Notes under the pieces: model-generated
Told to the model about the DNA's origin: nothing
The model's database searches: none
Seen by the model: only the letters and a program-made list of their open reading frames with translations
Translations under genes and position numbers: made by a program
Shown here: one piece after another, positions 38,046 to 49,880 of the stretch
Numbering within the stretch: position 1 is the stretch's first letter
Layout: every line of letters begins with the position of its first letter
DNA from: Phycisphaerae bacterium
Lineage (GTDB): Bacteria; Planctomycetota; Phycisphaerae; UBA1845; Fen-1342
DNA length: 64,000 nucleotides
Assembly: GCA_050115495.1 (NCBI GenBank)
Contig: JASFQK010000011.1
Location: forward strand, 94,490-158,489
Direction: 5' to 3'

Positions 38046-40976
38046 TCAGGGCGAGCCGACGAGCTCTTGCAGAAGCTGCGGTGCGTCCTGGATGCCGATC
38101 TGGCCGTTGTACTGCCAGCGGTCGTCCAAGGGCGCCCGCATCAACTGAAGCGCCGGGGAGTTCACCGGCGCGTCGGCATCCATGAGGTCGGTGTTCCCGC
38201 CGGTCGTAACCCGCAGACCCATCAGGATGGCGACGAACTTCGCCGCGGCATTGCCGAGCGACAAACCGACGACGGCGGTGTCGGTGTTACCTACCTCGTC
38301 GACGACGTTCTCCACGGCGACGCGGGCGACACCGCCGAGCGTGTCATTCCGCGGATCGACGTAGGCAACGGTGCCGAACGATGTGGGGTCAAGCTTGGAG
38401 CCACCGAAGTAGACCGTCTGGTAGGGCAGCGCCGGCGGGAAGCCGGGCGTGTCCGTGTCGGTGAAGACGATGTTATACGCGCCGAAGATCGTGTTGAGCC
38501 GGGCGAGGATGGCGGCCTTGATCGTGATGGTCTCGGATGCGCCCCAGGCGGCGTTGATGCTGTTGGCGCTGAATGCACCGAAGGACACGGGATCATCGTT
38601 TCCGACGGTCAGGTTGGTGGCACCACTGAAGTCCAGGTAGACACGCTGGGCCCGCGGAGTGAGGCCGACCTGCCGCTCGAGCTCGATGGAGAGGCTTTGG
38701 CCGTAGTGGACGCCGGTGCACTCGGGCGGCCGGCAGCCGTCGACGACGAAGTAGTAGTTCGGGCTGTCGTGGCCGATGATCAGCTTGGCATCGGCGTCGA
38801 AGAGCAGCAGGCCCGCTTGGTACCAGGTGAACAGCTCCGTGTCGTAGTCGAGCATCATCACGCTGTACCGCTCGGCCGTGTACGTCTCGCTGTAGCCGGG
38901 TGTCGTCAGCAGAGAGAGGTGCACGCGATCGCCGCGGCGCAGGGCCCCGAGGTCGAAGATCTGCCGCGACGTCGTGGCGGCGACCAGGACCTCGGCCTTG
39001 TCGTCGATGAGCGGCACGCGCGGCGTGTCCACCGAGACCGTCGTGGTGAAGGGACGGATCACGTTGAAGCGCTGCGGATTGCCGTTGGACAACGTGGCGT
39101 ATTCGCGAACCGGCTCCGTGCGGTCGGTGTCGATCTCGGCCCAGAGGAAGTAGGTGCCCGGGTACTGGTCGGGGGCGAGCACGCTGAGATCCAGGGCGGC
39201 GGGCATGGTCAGGTTCATGTCGTCGCCGGTGGGGGGATCGGTGTCGAGCTGGATGCTGTTGCGGGCCCCGATGCCCAGCAGGATCTGCTCGCCGTCGGGC
39301 GAGAAGTCAACCGAGCTGATGGCCGACGTGCACGGCGTGAACTCGCGTTCCTGCTCGCCAGTGGCCAGATTCCACAGGGTGGCCGTGCCGTCGCCGCTGC
39401 CGGTGAGCACCGAGAGGCCGTCGGGGGAGAAGGCCACCGAGGTGACCCGGGCGCCACAGGTAAAGGTGCGTTCGACGGTGGCCGGCGTGCCGAGGATGTT
39501 CCAGTAGAGAGCGCGGGAGTCTTCGCCGCCGGTCATGATGAACTCGGAGCTCGGCGAGAAGGCGATCGCGTTGATGGCGGCGCTGTGACCGCCGGCGAAG
39601 GTGCTGATGACGTCGCCCTGCTCGACGCGCCAGAGCTTGGCGGTCGTGTCGGTGCTGGCGGTGACCAGCAGGTTCGAGTTGTTGGGGGCGAAGGCGACGG
39701 CGGTGATTGTGGTGGCGTGGCCGTTGGCGTCGGCCGTCGTATCCAGCACGCGGATGATGTTGCCGGTCGCGGCGTCGTAGACGATGGCCGAAGCGTCGTC
39801 CGAGCCGCTGGCCAGGCGGAGACCGTCGGCGGAGAAGGCCAGGCCGTTCACGCCGCCGGTGTGGTCGTTGAACGTGTGGATGACGACGTTGGTGACGGCG
39901 TCACGGACCACGACCGTGCCGGTGTTGGTGCCGTATGCGTAGAGACCGCCGTTAGGCGAATACGCGATGGTGTCAATGAGGCCGTTCACCTCGGCCAGGG
40001 TCAGGCCGGTGGTGGTGGTGGCGTTGAGTGTGTACAGGCTGACCGTGCCGTCTTCGCTGCCGACCAGGGCTTGCGTCCCGGCGGGCGAGATGACCACCGA
40101 CGTGACGCGGTCATCGGGGCCGGTGAATCGGCGGTCCAGGTCGCCGGTGAGGACCTCGTACAGCGCGGCCTGGGCGTCGCAGGGGTCGCGGTCGGCGTCA
40201 AGACCCGCGCGGATTGTGCGCGGCACGCCCGGTTCCGAGTCGTATTCCACAACGACCCATAACGGAGAATCGGGGGAGACGGCGATATTGGGCGCGTCAT
40301 CCGGCGGGAGGCGGAAGGAGACCTCCGGCTCGGGGATACCAACCTGGATGATGCGGCTGGTGGAATCGGTTACGCCAGTGTCGTCCGTGACCGTCAGCCG
40401 GACGCGATAGGTGCCGGCGGTGGCGAAGGTGTGGACGAGGACCGGGATGAGCTCGCGCGAGCCGTCGCCGAAGTCCCACTGGTAGTGGACGATCTCGCCG
40501 TCCGGGTCATATGAATCGGACGCGTCGAAGCTGAAAAGGGCCGGCGGCGACGGGGCCGTCGTGTTGTCGACGGTGAAGACGGCGACCGGGGCCTGCGTGA
40601 CGGTAATGATCACGGAACGCGAGGCGTCGGCACCGGCGTCGTCGGTGAGCGTCAACGTCACCGTGTATTCGCCCGTGGTCTCGAAAGTGTGCGACGGGGA
40701 GATGTCGCGGCTGGTCGTGCCGTCGCCAAAATCCCACTGGCGGGCGACGATCAGGCTGTCGTCGGTGCTGCCGACGGAGCTGAAGGTCACCGTCAGGGGG
40801 GCGATGCCGCGGATGACGTCGACCATCAACACGACCGCGGGGGGCGTGTTGAAGGTGGGCGTCGTGTTGCCGTCGCCGTCCGTGGTGCCCGTTCCGGGGC
40901 AACCAGAGATAACGAGCGGCAGCAGACAGGCGGCGGCGGCGAGATAGAATAGGGCCGGCGTACGGGACAGACGCAT
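38046..40976 (-). CDS. Lipoprotein with two PKD domains, WD40 propeller and degenerate metzincin-like C-terminal domain
   Basis: Lipobox VISGC; WDFGDG twice; several WD repeats (SGSDD, TASTDTTAKLW, TGSGDGTATLWN). Confidence 0.8.
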   Translation of the reverse strand: MRLSRTPALFYLAAAACLLPLVISGCPGTGTTDGDGNTTPTFNTPPAVVLMVDVIRGIAPLTVTFSSVGSTDDSLIVARQWDFGDGTTSRDISPSHTFETTGEYTVTLTLTDDAGADASRSVIITVTQAPVAVFTVDNTTAPSPPALFSFDASDSYDPDGEIVHYQWDFGDGSRELIPVLVHTFATAGTYRVRLTVTDDTGVTDSTSRIIQVGIPEPEVSFRLPPDDAPNIAVSPDSPLWVVVEYDSEPGVPRTIRAGLDADRDPCDAQAALYEVLTGDLDRRFTGPDDRVTSVVISPAGTQALVGSEDGTVSLYTLNATTTTGLTLAEVNGLIDTIAYSPNGGLYAYGTNTGTVVVRDAVTNVVIHTFNDHTGGVNGLAFSADGLRLASGSDDASAIVYDAATGNIIRVLDTTADANGHATTITAVAFAPNNSNLLVTASTDTTAKLWRVEQGDVISTFAGGHSAAINAIAFSPSSEFIMTGGEDSRALYWNILGTPATVERTFTCGARVTSVAFSPDGLSVLTGSGDGTATLWNLATGEQEREFTPCTSAISSVDFSPDGEQILLGIGARNSIQLDTDPPTGDDMNLTMPAALDLSVLAPDQYPGTYFLWAEIDTDRTEPVREYATLSNGNPQRFNVIRPFTTTVSVDTPRVPLIDDKAEVLVAATTSRQIFDLGALRRGDRVHLSLLTTPGYSETYTAERYSVMMLDYDTELFTWYQAGLLLFDADAKLIIGHDSPNYYFVVDGCRPPECTGVHYGQSLSIELERQVGLTPRAQRVYLDFSGATNLTVGNDDPVSFGAFSANSINAAWGASETITIKAAILARLNTIFGAYNIVFTDTDTPGFPPALPYQTVYFGGSKLDPTSFGTVAYVDPRNDTLGGVARVAVENVVDEVGNTDTAVVGLSLGNAAAKFVAILMGLRVTTGGNTDLMDADAPVNSPALQLMRAPLDDRWQYNGQIGIQDAPQLLQELVGSP

Positions 40977-41105
40977 GCGATACTCCTCAACGACCAGGGT
41001 TCCGAGCCCTGAGAATAACCCGAACAAGTATGAGGGAGGCCACGAGTCGGATCAAGGTCTTGCCGATGCGAATAATATGAGGAGCGGACCCGGAGGGGGC
41101 GGACG

Positions 41106-41738
41106 GTGCGTACGGAGCAGCTAATGACGCGATGGCTCGGATGGGTACTGGCCGGCGGCGTGATCGCACTTCTGGCGGGGGGGTGCCCCATGACGACCGG
41201 GATCGCGGGCCCGGGCGGGGGCGGCAGCTCGAGTACGGTCGTCCCGGGGGGCGGCAGCTCGGATGATACTGAGGGTCCGCCGGCCGGGGGCGGGACCGAT
41301 GGCGATGGCACGACGACGGTGCTCGACTGTGACGTCCCCGATCTCGCCGAGACCTGGGCCGCCGAAGTGCTGCAACTGGTCAACGAGGAGCGGGCGGCCA
41401 ACGGGCTGGCGCCCGTTACGGCCAATGCGACGCTCACGGCGCAGGCTGAACAGTACGCCTGCGAGATGGTGTACTACGATTTCTTTGCCCACGTGAATCC
41501 CGTAACCGGTTCAACCCTGCCGGACCGCTCGGAGGAGTTCGGGTATGTGTACCAGGTCATCGGCGAGAATCTCGCCGCCGGCCCACGCACGCCGAGCGAC
41601 GTGATGACGGCCTGGATGAACAGCGAGGGCCACCGGGAGAACATCCTCGACCCGCGTTTCACGGAGCTGGGCGTCGGCGTGCGTGAGGGCGGCGAGTACG
41701 ACCTGTACTGGGTGCAGGAATTCGGTACGCCGCGCTAG
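41106..41738 (+). CDS. CAP/SCP-domain lipoprotein
   Basis: Lipobox LAGGC; LVNEERAANGL, GENLAAG, WMNSEGHRENIL, YWVQEFG; start may be ATG 41124. Confidence 0.88.
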   Translation: MRTEQLMTRWLGWVLAGGVIALLAGGCPMTTGIAGPGGGGSSSTVVPGGGSSDDTEGPPAGGGTDGDGTTTVLDCDVPDLAETWAAEVLQLVNEERAANGLAPVTANATLTAQAEQYACEMVYYDFFAHVNPVTGSTLPDRSEEFGYVYQVIGENLAAGPRTPSDVMTAWMNSEGHRENILDPRFTELGVGVREGGEYDLYWVQEFGTPR

Positions 41739-41913
41739 CCGGCGACCGAAGCCGATCTCGATAACTTCAGTTTTGGTAAATGCTTGCGGCGTCTCTGCGG
41801 CCTTGGTCGCCGGCGGGGCGCCGCTTCTGTTGCTCTCACGCCGGCGATTTGCGAGAATACGGGTCCTCCGCGGACTCTCGGCGACTCAAGGTCTGCGGGC
41901 GTGGAGACGGGGA

Positions 41914-42873
41914 ATGGGTAGCTTCCTGCGTTCGCTCGCCCTCATCGTCGGCAGCATCCTTCTGCTCGGCTCGTCCTGCGGTTCGCCGTCTACGTCGGCA
42001 ATCCTGCCCGGCGCGGAAGGTTGCACCGAGCCCGGCGGCGGCGCGGCTGCGCGCGCCGAAGTCCTGCGCCTGGTCAACGAGCAGCGCACCGCGGCGGGGT
42101 TGGGCACGCTCACCTGGCACCAGACACTTGGCGACCAGGCCGACCAGTACGCCTGCGAGATGATCGAGTGCGGGGTCGTCGCACACGACAATCCCTGCAC
42201 CGGGACCGAGCTCGCCGACCGCTCGGCCGAGTTCGGCTATGAGTACGAGTTGGTCGGCGAGAACCTGGCGCGGGGTTACGCGACGCCCGCGGAACTCGTG
42301 GCTGCCTGGATGGACAGCCCCGCCCATCGGGCGAACATCCTGCGGGCCGAGTTCACCGAGGGCGGCGTCGGCGTGGCCGTGGATGCTGCGGACGGCGACT
42401 GGTACTGGGTGCTCGAACTCGGGCTCCCGTCCGCGGGGCAGCAAGGGCGGGTGTGCGCTGAGCCGGCCGACGCGGACACCTGGGGCGCGGACGTGCTGGC
42501 CCGGATCAACGCGGAGCGGGCGGCCGTCGGCGCGCCGCCGCTGGTCTGGCACGCGGCGCTGGCCGAGCAGGCGCAGACATTCGCCGGGGAGATGTGCGTG
42601 GACGGGTTCGTGGGGCACGTGAACCCGCGGACGGGGGCGACGCTGCGGGAGCGCTCGGAGGCGGCCGGCTACGTGGGCTTGACGCTCGCCGAGATTCTCG
42701 GCACGGGGCCGACGGACTCGGCGGACGCGGTGGCCGAGTGGCTGGCCAACTCGAGCTACCGGCAGCAGATGCTGAGTCCGACCTTCCAGGACGTTGGCGT
42801 GGGGGTGAGCGCGGGCGGTTCCCAGGGGACATATTGGGTGCTCGAACTGGGCGAGCCGCGGCAGGGGAGCTGA
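41914..42873 (+). CDS. Tandem double CAP-domain lipoprotein
   Basis: LLGSSC lipobox; domain 1 GENLARG/WMDSPAHRANIL; domain 2 AEILGTG/WLANSSYRQQML. Confidence 0.85.
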   Translation: MGSFLRSLALIVGSILLLGSSCGSPSTSAILPGAEGCTEPGGGAAARAEVLRLVNEQRTAAGLGTLTWHQTLGDQADQYACEMIECGVVAHDNPCTGTELADRSAEFGYEYELVGENLARGYATPAELVAAWMDSPAHRANILRAEFTEGGVGVAVDAADGDWYWVLELGLPSAGQQGRVCAEPADADTWGADVLARINAERAAVGAPPLVWHAALAEQAQTFAGEMCVDGFVGHVNPRTGATLRERSEAAGYVGLTLAEILGTGPTDSADAVAEWLANSSYRQQMLSPTFQDVGVGVSAGGSQGTYWVLELGEPRQGS

Positions 42874-42998
42874 GTTGAGTGGGGGGCGGGGGTTTCGATT
42901 GAGCCGTCTGGTTGAAGCATACCGTGCGCGCCGTTGATCGGCGGCCACGGTGCGGGTAGGTTGCCTTCAGGCCGAAGACCCATCCAGGAGAACGTACC

Positions 42999-44624
42999 AT
43001 GGCGACGACTGCCAGTGAGCCGCGCAACGTGTTCCCGGCTGTGGAGGCGATACCGGCGGACGCCCGCCCACCAACGCCGGGGGAGGCCCGTTATCTGCTG
43101 AATGGCAAGGTGCACAGTTGGTCGGGGACGTGCCACGAGGTGGCTTCGCCGGTATGCACGAGCGGGCCCGGCGGGGTCGAGCCGGTGGGGCTCGGGCGCT
43201 ACCCGCTGATGGGAGAGGCCGAGGCACAGGCGGCGCTGCTGGCGGCGTGCGACGCGTACGGTCACGGCGGTGGCGAGTGGCCGACGATGTCCGTCGCCGA
43301 CCGCATCCGCTGCGTCGAGTCGTTCGTGCCGCGCATGCAGGCCGTGCGCGACGAAGTCGTGCGCTTGCTCATGTGGGAGATCGGCAAGACCGCCGGCGAC
43401 GCCGCGAAGGAGTTCGACCGCACCGTGGAGTACGTGGCGGACACGGTCGAGGCGCTCAAGGACCTGGACCGCGTCAGCTCGCGGTTTGTGCTCGAACCCG
43501 GCTTTTTGGCGCAGGTGCGGCGCAGCCCGCTCGGCGTCGTGCTGTGCATGGGGCCGTACAACTATCCGCTGAACGAAACGTTCACGACGCTTATCCCCGC
43601 CCTCATCATGGGCAACACCATCATCTTCAAGCCGCCGAAATACGGCGTGCTGCTGCATGCCCCGCTGCTGAAGGCGTTCGCCGAGTCGTTCCCGCCGGGC
43701 GTGGTGAACACGGTGTACGGCGATGGGGCGACAGTCGTCGGCCCGCTGATTCAGAGCGGGCGGATCGACGTGCTGGCGTTCATCGGTTCGTCGCGCGTGG
43801 CGGCACTGCTCAAGCACCAACACCCGAAGCCGAACCGGCTGCGCTGCGTGCTGGGGCTCGATGCCAAGAACGCGGCGACGGTGCTGTCGCATGCGGACCT
43901 GGACCTCGCCGCCCGCGAGTGCACGCTTGGGGCGTTTTCGTACAACGGCCAACGCTGCACGGCGATCAAGATCGTCTTCTGCCATCGCAGCGTCGTCGAT
44001 GCGTTCTGCGAGAAGATGGTCGCCCAGGTCGATCGGCTCGTCGTGGGCATGCCGTGGGAAGACGGCGTCAAGATCACGCCGCTGCCCGAAGAGGGCAAGC
44101 CGCAGTGGCTCAAGGAGCTGGTCGACGATGCCGTCGGCGGCGGGGCCCGCATCATCAACCGCGGCGGGGCGACGATCGACCACACGCTCTTCCATCCGGC
44201 GGTGCTCTACCCGACGCGGCCGGAGATGCGCATCTGCCAGGTTGAGCAGTTCGGACCCGTGCTGCCCGTTGTGCCGTTCGACGACGAGCAGGAGGTTATC
44301 GACTGGACCGTCGCCTGCCCGTTCGGGCAGCAGGCGGCCCTGTTCGGCGAGGACCCGACGAAGCTCAGCCGGCTGTTGGACATCCTGGTGAACCAGGTGT
44401 GCCGCGTGAACCTCAACAGCCAGTGCCAGCGCGGGCCGGACCGCTACCCGTTCGCCGGCCGGAAAGACTCGGCCGAGGGGACGCTGTCCGTGTCCGACGC
44501 GCTGCGCGTGTTCTCGATTCGCAGCCTGGTGGCGGCGAAGTCGACGGAGACCAACGAGCGGATCGTGTCGCAGATCCTGGCGGAGCGGCGGTCGAAGTTC
44601 CTGTCCACCGATTTCATCTTCTAG
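42999..44624 (+). CDS. gapN: Non-phosphorylating NADP-dependent glyceraldehyde-3-phosphate dehydrogenase (ALDH family)
   Basis: MGPYNYPLNE, FIGSS, LGLDAKN, GQRCTA catalytic Cys, EQFGP, PFAGRKDS. Confidence 0.8.
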   Translation: MATTASEPRNVFPAVEAIPADARPPTPGEARYLLNGKVHSWSGTCHEVASPVCTSGPGGVEPVGLGRYPLMGEAEAQAALLAACDAYGHGGGEWPTMSVADRIRCVESFVPRMQAVRDEVVRLLMWEIGKTAGDAAKEFDRTVEYVADTVEALKDLDRVSSRFVLEPGFLAQVRRSPLGVVLCMGPYNYPLNETFTTLIPALIMGNTIIFKPPKYGVLLHAPLLKAFAESFPPGVVNTVYGDGATVVGPLIQSGRIDVLAFIGSSRVAALLKHQHPKPNRLRCVLGLDAKNAATVLSHADLDLAARECTLGAFSYNGQRCTAIKIVFCHRSVVDAFCEKMVAQVDRLVVGMPWEDGVKITPLPEEGKPQWLKELVDDAVGGGARIINRGGATIDHTLFHPAVLYPTRPEMRICQVEQFGPVLPVVPFDDEQEVIDWTVACPFGQQAALFGEDPTKLSRLLDILVNQVCRVNLNSQCQRGPDRYPFAGRKDSAEGTLSVSDALRVFSIRSLVAAKSTETNERIVSQILAERRSKFLSTDFIF

Positions 44625-44643
44625 CGGGGCGGCGAGGGCGGCA

Positions 44644-46578
<1,935 letters not shown>

Positions 46579-46849
46579 GCGCTGAGCAACGGGGAGCTAT
46601 GCCGAGATGGTCGCGCAGACTGCAGCAGCAGCGGCGGCGGCATCACCGCTGGGGTTGCGCCGGAGGCGGCGGGCGTTATCGCGAAGATCCGGTTGAGTTG
46701 GCGTTCGCGTACGGCGAATTCTGTGACGAATACGGCGAAGACGTCGCAACGCGATAGCGTTTGCGAAAATGCGTGATAGGATCCCCTCCGAACGTGTGCC
46801 GGCGCACGAGTGGCGTGTGCCGGCACGCTACATTTGGAGGAGAGAGCGG

Positions 46850-47569
46850 ATGTCGATCGGGCGAGTTGTAATCTCGGTAGCCGTGTGCTGCGCGCTGGTG
46901 GCGCCCGCCAGCGCGGAAGTGATTCACACGGTGACGGAAGTCTCGGTGGCGGGGAATGCGCCCGGTCTCGCAGGGCATTTTCACGCCGACGGCGATGCGC
47001 CGATCCACGAGTTCTGCAACGCGTCGACCGTGGCCTGCTCAGGCCTGGACGATCTGCTGTGCAGCTACTGCCTTGATGTCGTGAATGGCAGCGGCCGTCG
47101 GCCGACGCCGACCTGCACCGGCGCGCCGGAACAGGCGTGGATGACCGGTTGCTGGCCGCCGGACGAGGCCCGTGACGCATCCGCGGAACTCCGGGCGGTC
47201 GATCCCGAGCCGGACGCGTGGCCGTTTCGCCTGTTGGCCGACGCCGACATGCCGCGCGTGGGTTTTCGCGTCGGCACGGTGACCCAGTCAGCGCTTGACG
47301 CCGGCGGCTTCGACTGCGACATCGTCGGCGCGTTCGTGTATGGGTTGTACGCGGGCGACGCGAGCACGGGGGAGCTCGGCGGCTACGTGCTGGCCGAGCC
47401 CCGAGTCGAGCTTACGTTCCCTGACATGCCCGGCTTCGCCGGGGCGGACATCGCGGACGTGCACGGGCTCAGGCTGGGCGTCGGGCCCGGGAGTGCGTTG
47501 TGCTTGCCCGAGCCGATGACCGGGTTCTCGGTTAGCCTCGGTACGGTGGCCTTGCGTCGCTGGCGCTAG
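46850..47569 (+). CDS. Secreted Cys-rich hypothetical protein with PEP-CTERM-like tail
   Basis: GGAGG SD; signal peptide (..APASA); C-terminus LPEPMTGFSVSLGTVALRRWR. Confidence 0.6.
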   Translation: MSIGRVVISVAVCCALVAPASAEVIHTVTEVSVAGNAPGLAGHFHADGDAPIHEFCNASTVACSGLDDLLCSYCLDVVNGSGRRPTPTCTGAPEQAWMTGCWPPDEARDASAELRAVDPEPDAWPFRLLADADMPRVGFRVGTVTQSALDAGGFDCDIVGAFVYGLYAGDASTGELGGYVLAEPRVELTFPDMPGFAGADIADVHGLRLGVGPGSALCLPEPMTGFSVSLGTVALRRWR

Positions 47570-47674
47570 CGGCGGCGAGCGCACGCGCGCCCGTCAGCCG
47601 GTGTGACAGCGAATGCGCGAAGGCTGCATTTCGATCTGCTGGCTGATAACGTCCGGTATGGCTGACGGCTGGCG

Positions 47675-47703
47675 TTGACAGGCCATGCTGTCAGCGCTAG
47701 CCT
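47675..47703 (+). promoter_or_regulatory. Sigma70-type promoter
   Basis: TTGACA-17 nt-TAGCCT. Confidence 0.6.
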
Positions 47704-47725
47704 CTATTTGGAATAACCTGAGAAA

Positions 47726-47775
47726 GGGTGCGGGCGCTGTGTACGCTCGCAGGCATTTCGGATGGTCGGGCCGCC
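47726..47775 (+). ncRNA. Candidate nhaA-I motif (Li+-type) riboswitch
   Basis: GGGUG-stem(ugcgggcg/cgcucgca)-GG...GGUCGGGCCGCC, ~22 nt downstream of the -10 element and ~108 nt upstream of a membrane protein gene; match to the consensus is from memory. Confidence 0.6.
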
Positions 47776-47883
47776 ACTCCTGCAACTTCCGGCCTGTCTC
47801 CTCACCAGCCGGCGTGATGCGTCCGTTTCGAGGCGCCGGCGACGCGCGCAGGGGGCTGAGGCTGGGACCAAGGAGGTGATGGC

Positions 47884-48333
47884 ATGGGCGGACACCACCG
47901 AACGAGTAGAGCATCACACCGCGAGCGGCCGGCCGCGGAGGACGGTGCACCCGACCAGGGACACGCCGTACGCCGGCACGACGCGGCAAAACCGGAGGAT
48001 ATCGGCCCCAAGCCCGGCGAAATCACCAGCTTCGGCGTGCTGGTCGCCCGGCTCACCTGGGTGCTCGCCGGCCCGTTAGCGCTGATCGGGTTTGTCTACG
48101 GCATCGTGTCCAGCGGTGCCGGCTGGCTGACCGGCCTCGACGTCGGCTTCGCGATCGTTGTGTTGCTGATGCTGCTGGGACGCTGGGTCGAACAGCGTTC
48201 CGGGACGGCGACGACCGTCACAGGTGAGCCGGCGACGCCGGCGCAGCTCAGGCGGTACGTGACCATACTGATCCCGGGGGCCGCGGTCGTGTGGGTCGTG
48301 GCCAATGTGGTGGGAAACCATGTGTTGAACTAG
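47884..48333 (+). CDS. Small hypothetical membrane protein (~3 TM)
   Basis: AGGAGG SD 7 nt upstream; hydrophilic His/Arg-rich N-terminus followed by three hydrophobic segments. Confidence 0.75.
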   Translation: MGGHHRTSRASHRERPAAEDGAPDQGHAVRRHDAAKPEDIGPKPGEITSFGVLVARLTWVLAGPLALIGFVYGIVSSGAGWLTGLDVGFAIVVLLMLLGRWVEQRSGTATTVTGEPATPAQLRRYVTILIPGAAVVWVVANVVGNHVLN

Positions 48334-48577
48334 CGCAGCCGCCTGCTCGGCCGGCACGCGGCGGGCGCAACGTGCGCGCACTGGGACTGCACGGGGCGGG
48401 GCGGAGAAGGCCGGCGCACACCGGTCTTCTCCGTCCCTGTTGGCGCGCGGCTCCGCGGCGGACTGAGGCCGACCGCGGCCCTGCGCGTGAGAAAGGGGAT
48501 ATGCACTTCGCCGTGTCCGGCTCCGGAGGCACTGGCGGCCTCTCTGCTCGGAGTCCGTCCCCTTCTGCGACGTATCG

Positions 48578-49183
48578 CTAACGCCGGCGCAGCAGCCAGA
48601 GCCCGCCGATGAGAAGCAGCCCTGCGGTCGCCGGTTCGGGAATGAACTTGAAGTTCGGCCCGAAGCGGTAATAGGTCGTGGAAGTGCTGGGGCCGGGCAT
48701 CAGCAGGCTGCCGTTGCCGCCGTAGCGTGCTTCGATGTAGTTGATGGCCGGGTCGACCCACAGATCGGTGGGCGAGGCGTAGACCATCTTGTCGTCGTTG
48801 CTGGTGTGCGTGTAGAAGCCGACGACGTAATCGCCGCCGACCTGGAGGAGGACATCGTCGACGTCCACGTAACGGAAGTGGTCGAAGAGCTCGTCGCCGG
48901 TGCCGGCGTGGATGATGCCGGAGGTCAGCAGCGTTCCCGAAGAGAACTCCCAGAGGCCGATGGGGTGATCGATGTCCATGCCGTCGTTGTCGTCATCCCA
49001 CAGGCCCAGCTCGGTGACGGTGATGGCCTCGTTGGCGGTGAAGCGCCAGCCGTGATTCGTGGTGGCGCCCATGGGGGCCTGCGTGCCACCCGTCAGACCG
49101 ACCGCGGTCTGGCCCCATGCTGGTGTGGCGAGCACCAGCAGGAGCGTACAGCCCAGGGCAATGACATCCAGAAGTCTTTTCAT
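48578..49183 (-). CDS. PEP-CTERM secreted protein (DUF4082-like beta domain)
   Basis: Signal peptide; GWRFTAN..ITVTELG, FGPNF; IPEPATAGLLLIGGLWLLRRR. Confidence 0.85.
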   Translation of the reverse strand: MKRLLDVIALGCTLLLVLATPAWGQTAVGLTGGTQAPMGATTNHGWRFTANEAITVTELGLWDDDNDGMDIDHPIGLWEFSSGTLLTSGIIHAGTGDELFDHFRYVDVDDVLLQVGGDYVVGFYTHTSNDDKMVYASPTDLWVDPAINYIEARYGGNGSLLMPGPSTSTTYYRFGPNFKFIPEPATAGLLLIGGLWLLRRR

Positions 49184-49678
49184 CGTGTTCTCCTCTCTCC
49201 TGAACGAAAGAAATGATTTCCGGACCGGTGACCTACCCCGGGTCCCCGCTGGTCCGGTTCCCCTGGTGGAGGCAGGGACCATAAATAAACCTAACCGAAC
49301 CGCGGACGGTGACGCAAGCGAAAAATACCTTTAAGGGGCTGTGGCGGTGCAGGGTGGTGAACGCCCTGAGACGGTCGCGGCAAGCGAGTTCTGGATAAGC
49401 AACTCCGCGACCTGCTCATCGCCGACGAAATCGAACGAACAGGGAAATCTCCGCGAAAAGTGCTTTGGTCAGTTGCCGATTCACCCTACTATGCGGTCTC
49501 AGGGTGGGCGGGTCGGTGAGCGTGCGGTTGCGCTGGTGGGGGCCCGGTTGAGACAACGCGGCGGCATCTTGTGCGCCATGGAAGTATGATCATGTGCCAC
49601 GACATCGCTGTAATCACAATCCTGGTGCCGGGCATCGTCAGATACGCAGGACCGAGCCTCGTCTGTGGCGGGCTGTCA

Positions 49679-49798
49679 CTCTGCATCGACGCGGGGCGCA
49701 ATGCCGCCGCGCCTGTCGACGTGCTCGACCTCGACGGCGACCAGGATGTGGGTACTTCCGAGCTGTTTTAGCAGCAATTTACCGGTCCGCAGGCGTGA
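49679..49798 (+). pseudogene. Remnant of the 3' end of a fifth array paralogue
   Basis: Translates LCIDAGRNAAAPVDVLDLDGDQDVGTSELF*QQFTGPQA*, compared with PCIDAGSNAIVPADTFDLD...DLDGDGDVDIDDFELFQQQFTGPLP* in copy 4. Confidence 0.7.
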
Positions 49799-49880
49799 TG
49801 GTGCGACGTTTACGGGCACGCGTACTTCTCGGACGGCTGGTACGTTTGGGGAGAGAGTGCAGTCTGAAAGGAGACTGGCA

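Noticed and set aside
43840..43870. ALDH lacking the usual ELGGK glutamate motif (LGLDAKN) as a dead enzyme
   Set aside because: The catalytic Cys motif is intact and I recall this variant as normal for this GapN subfamily.
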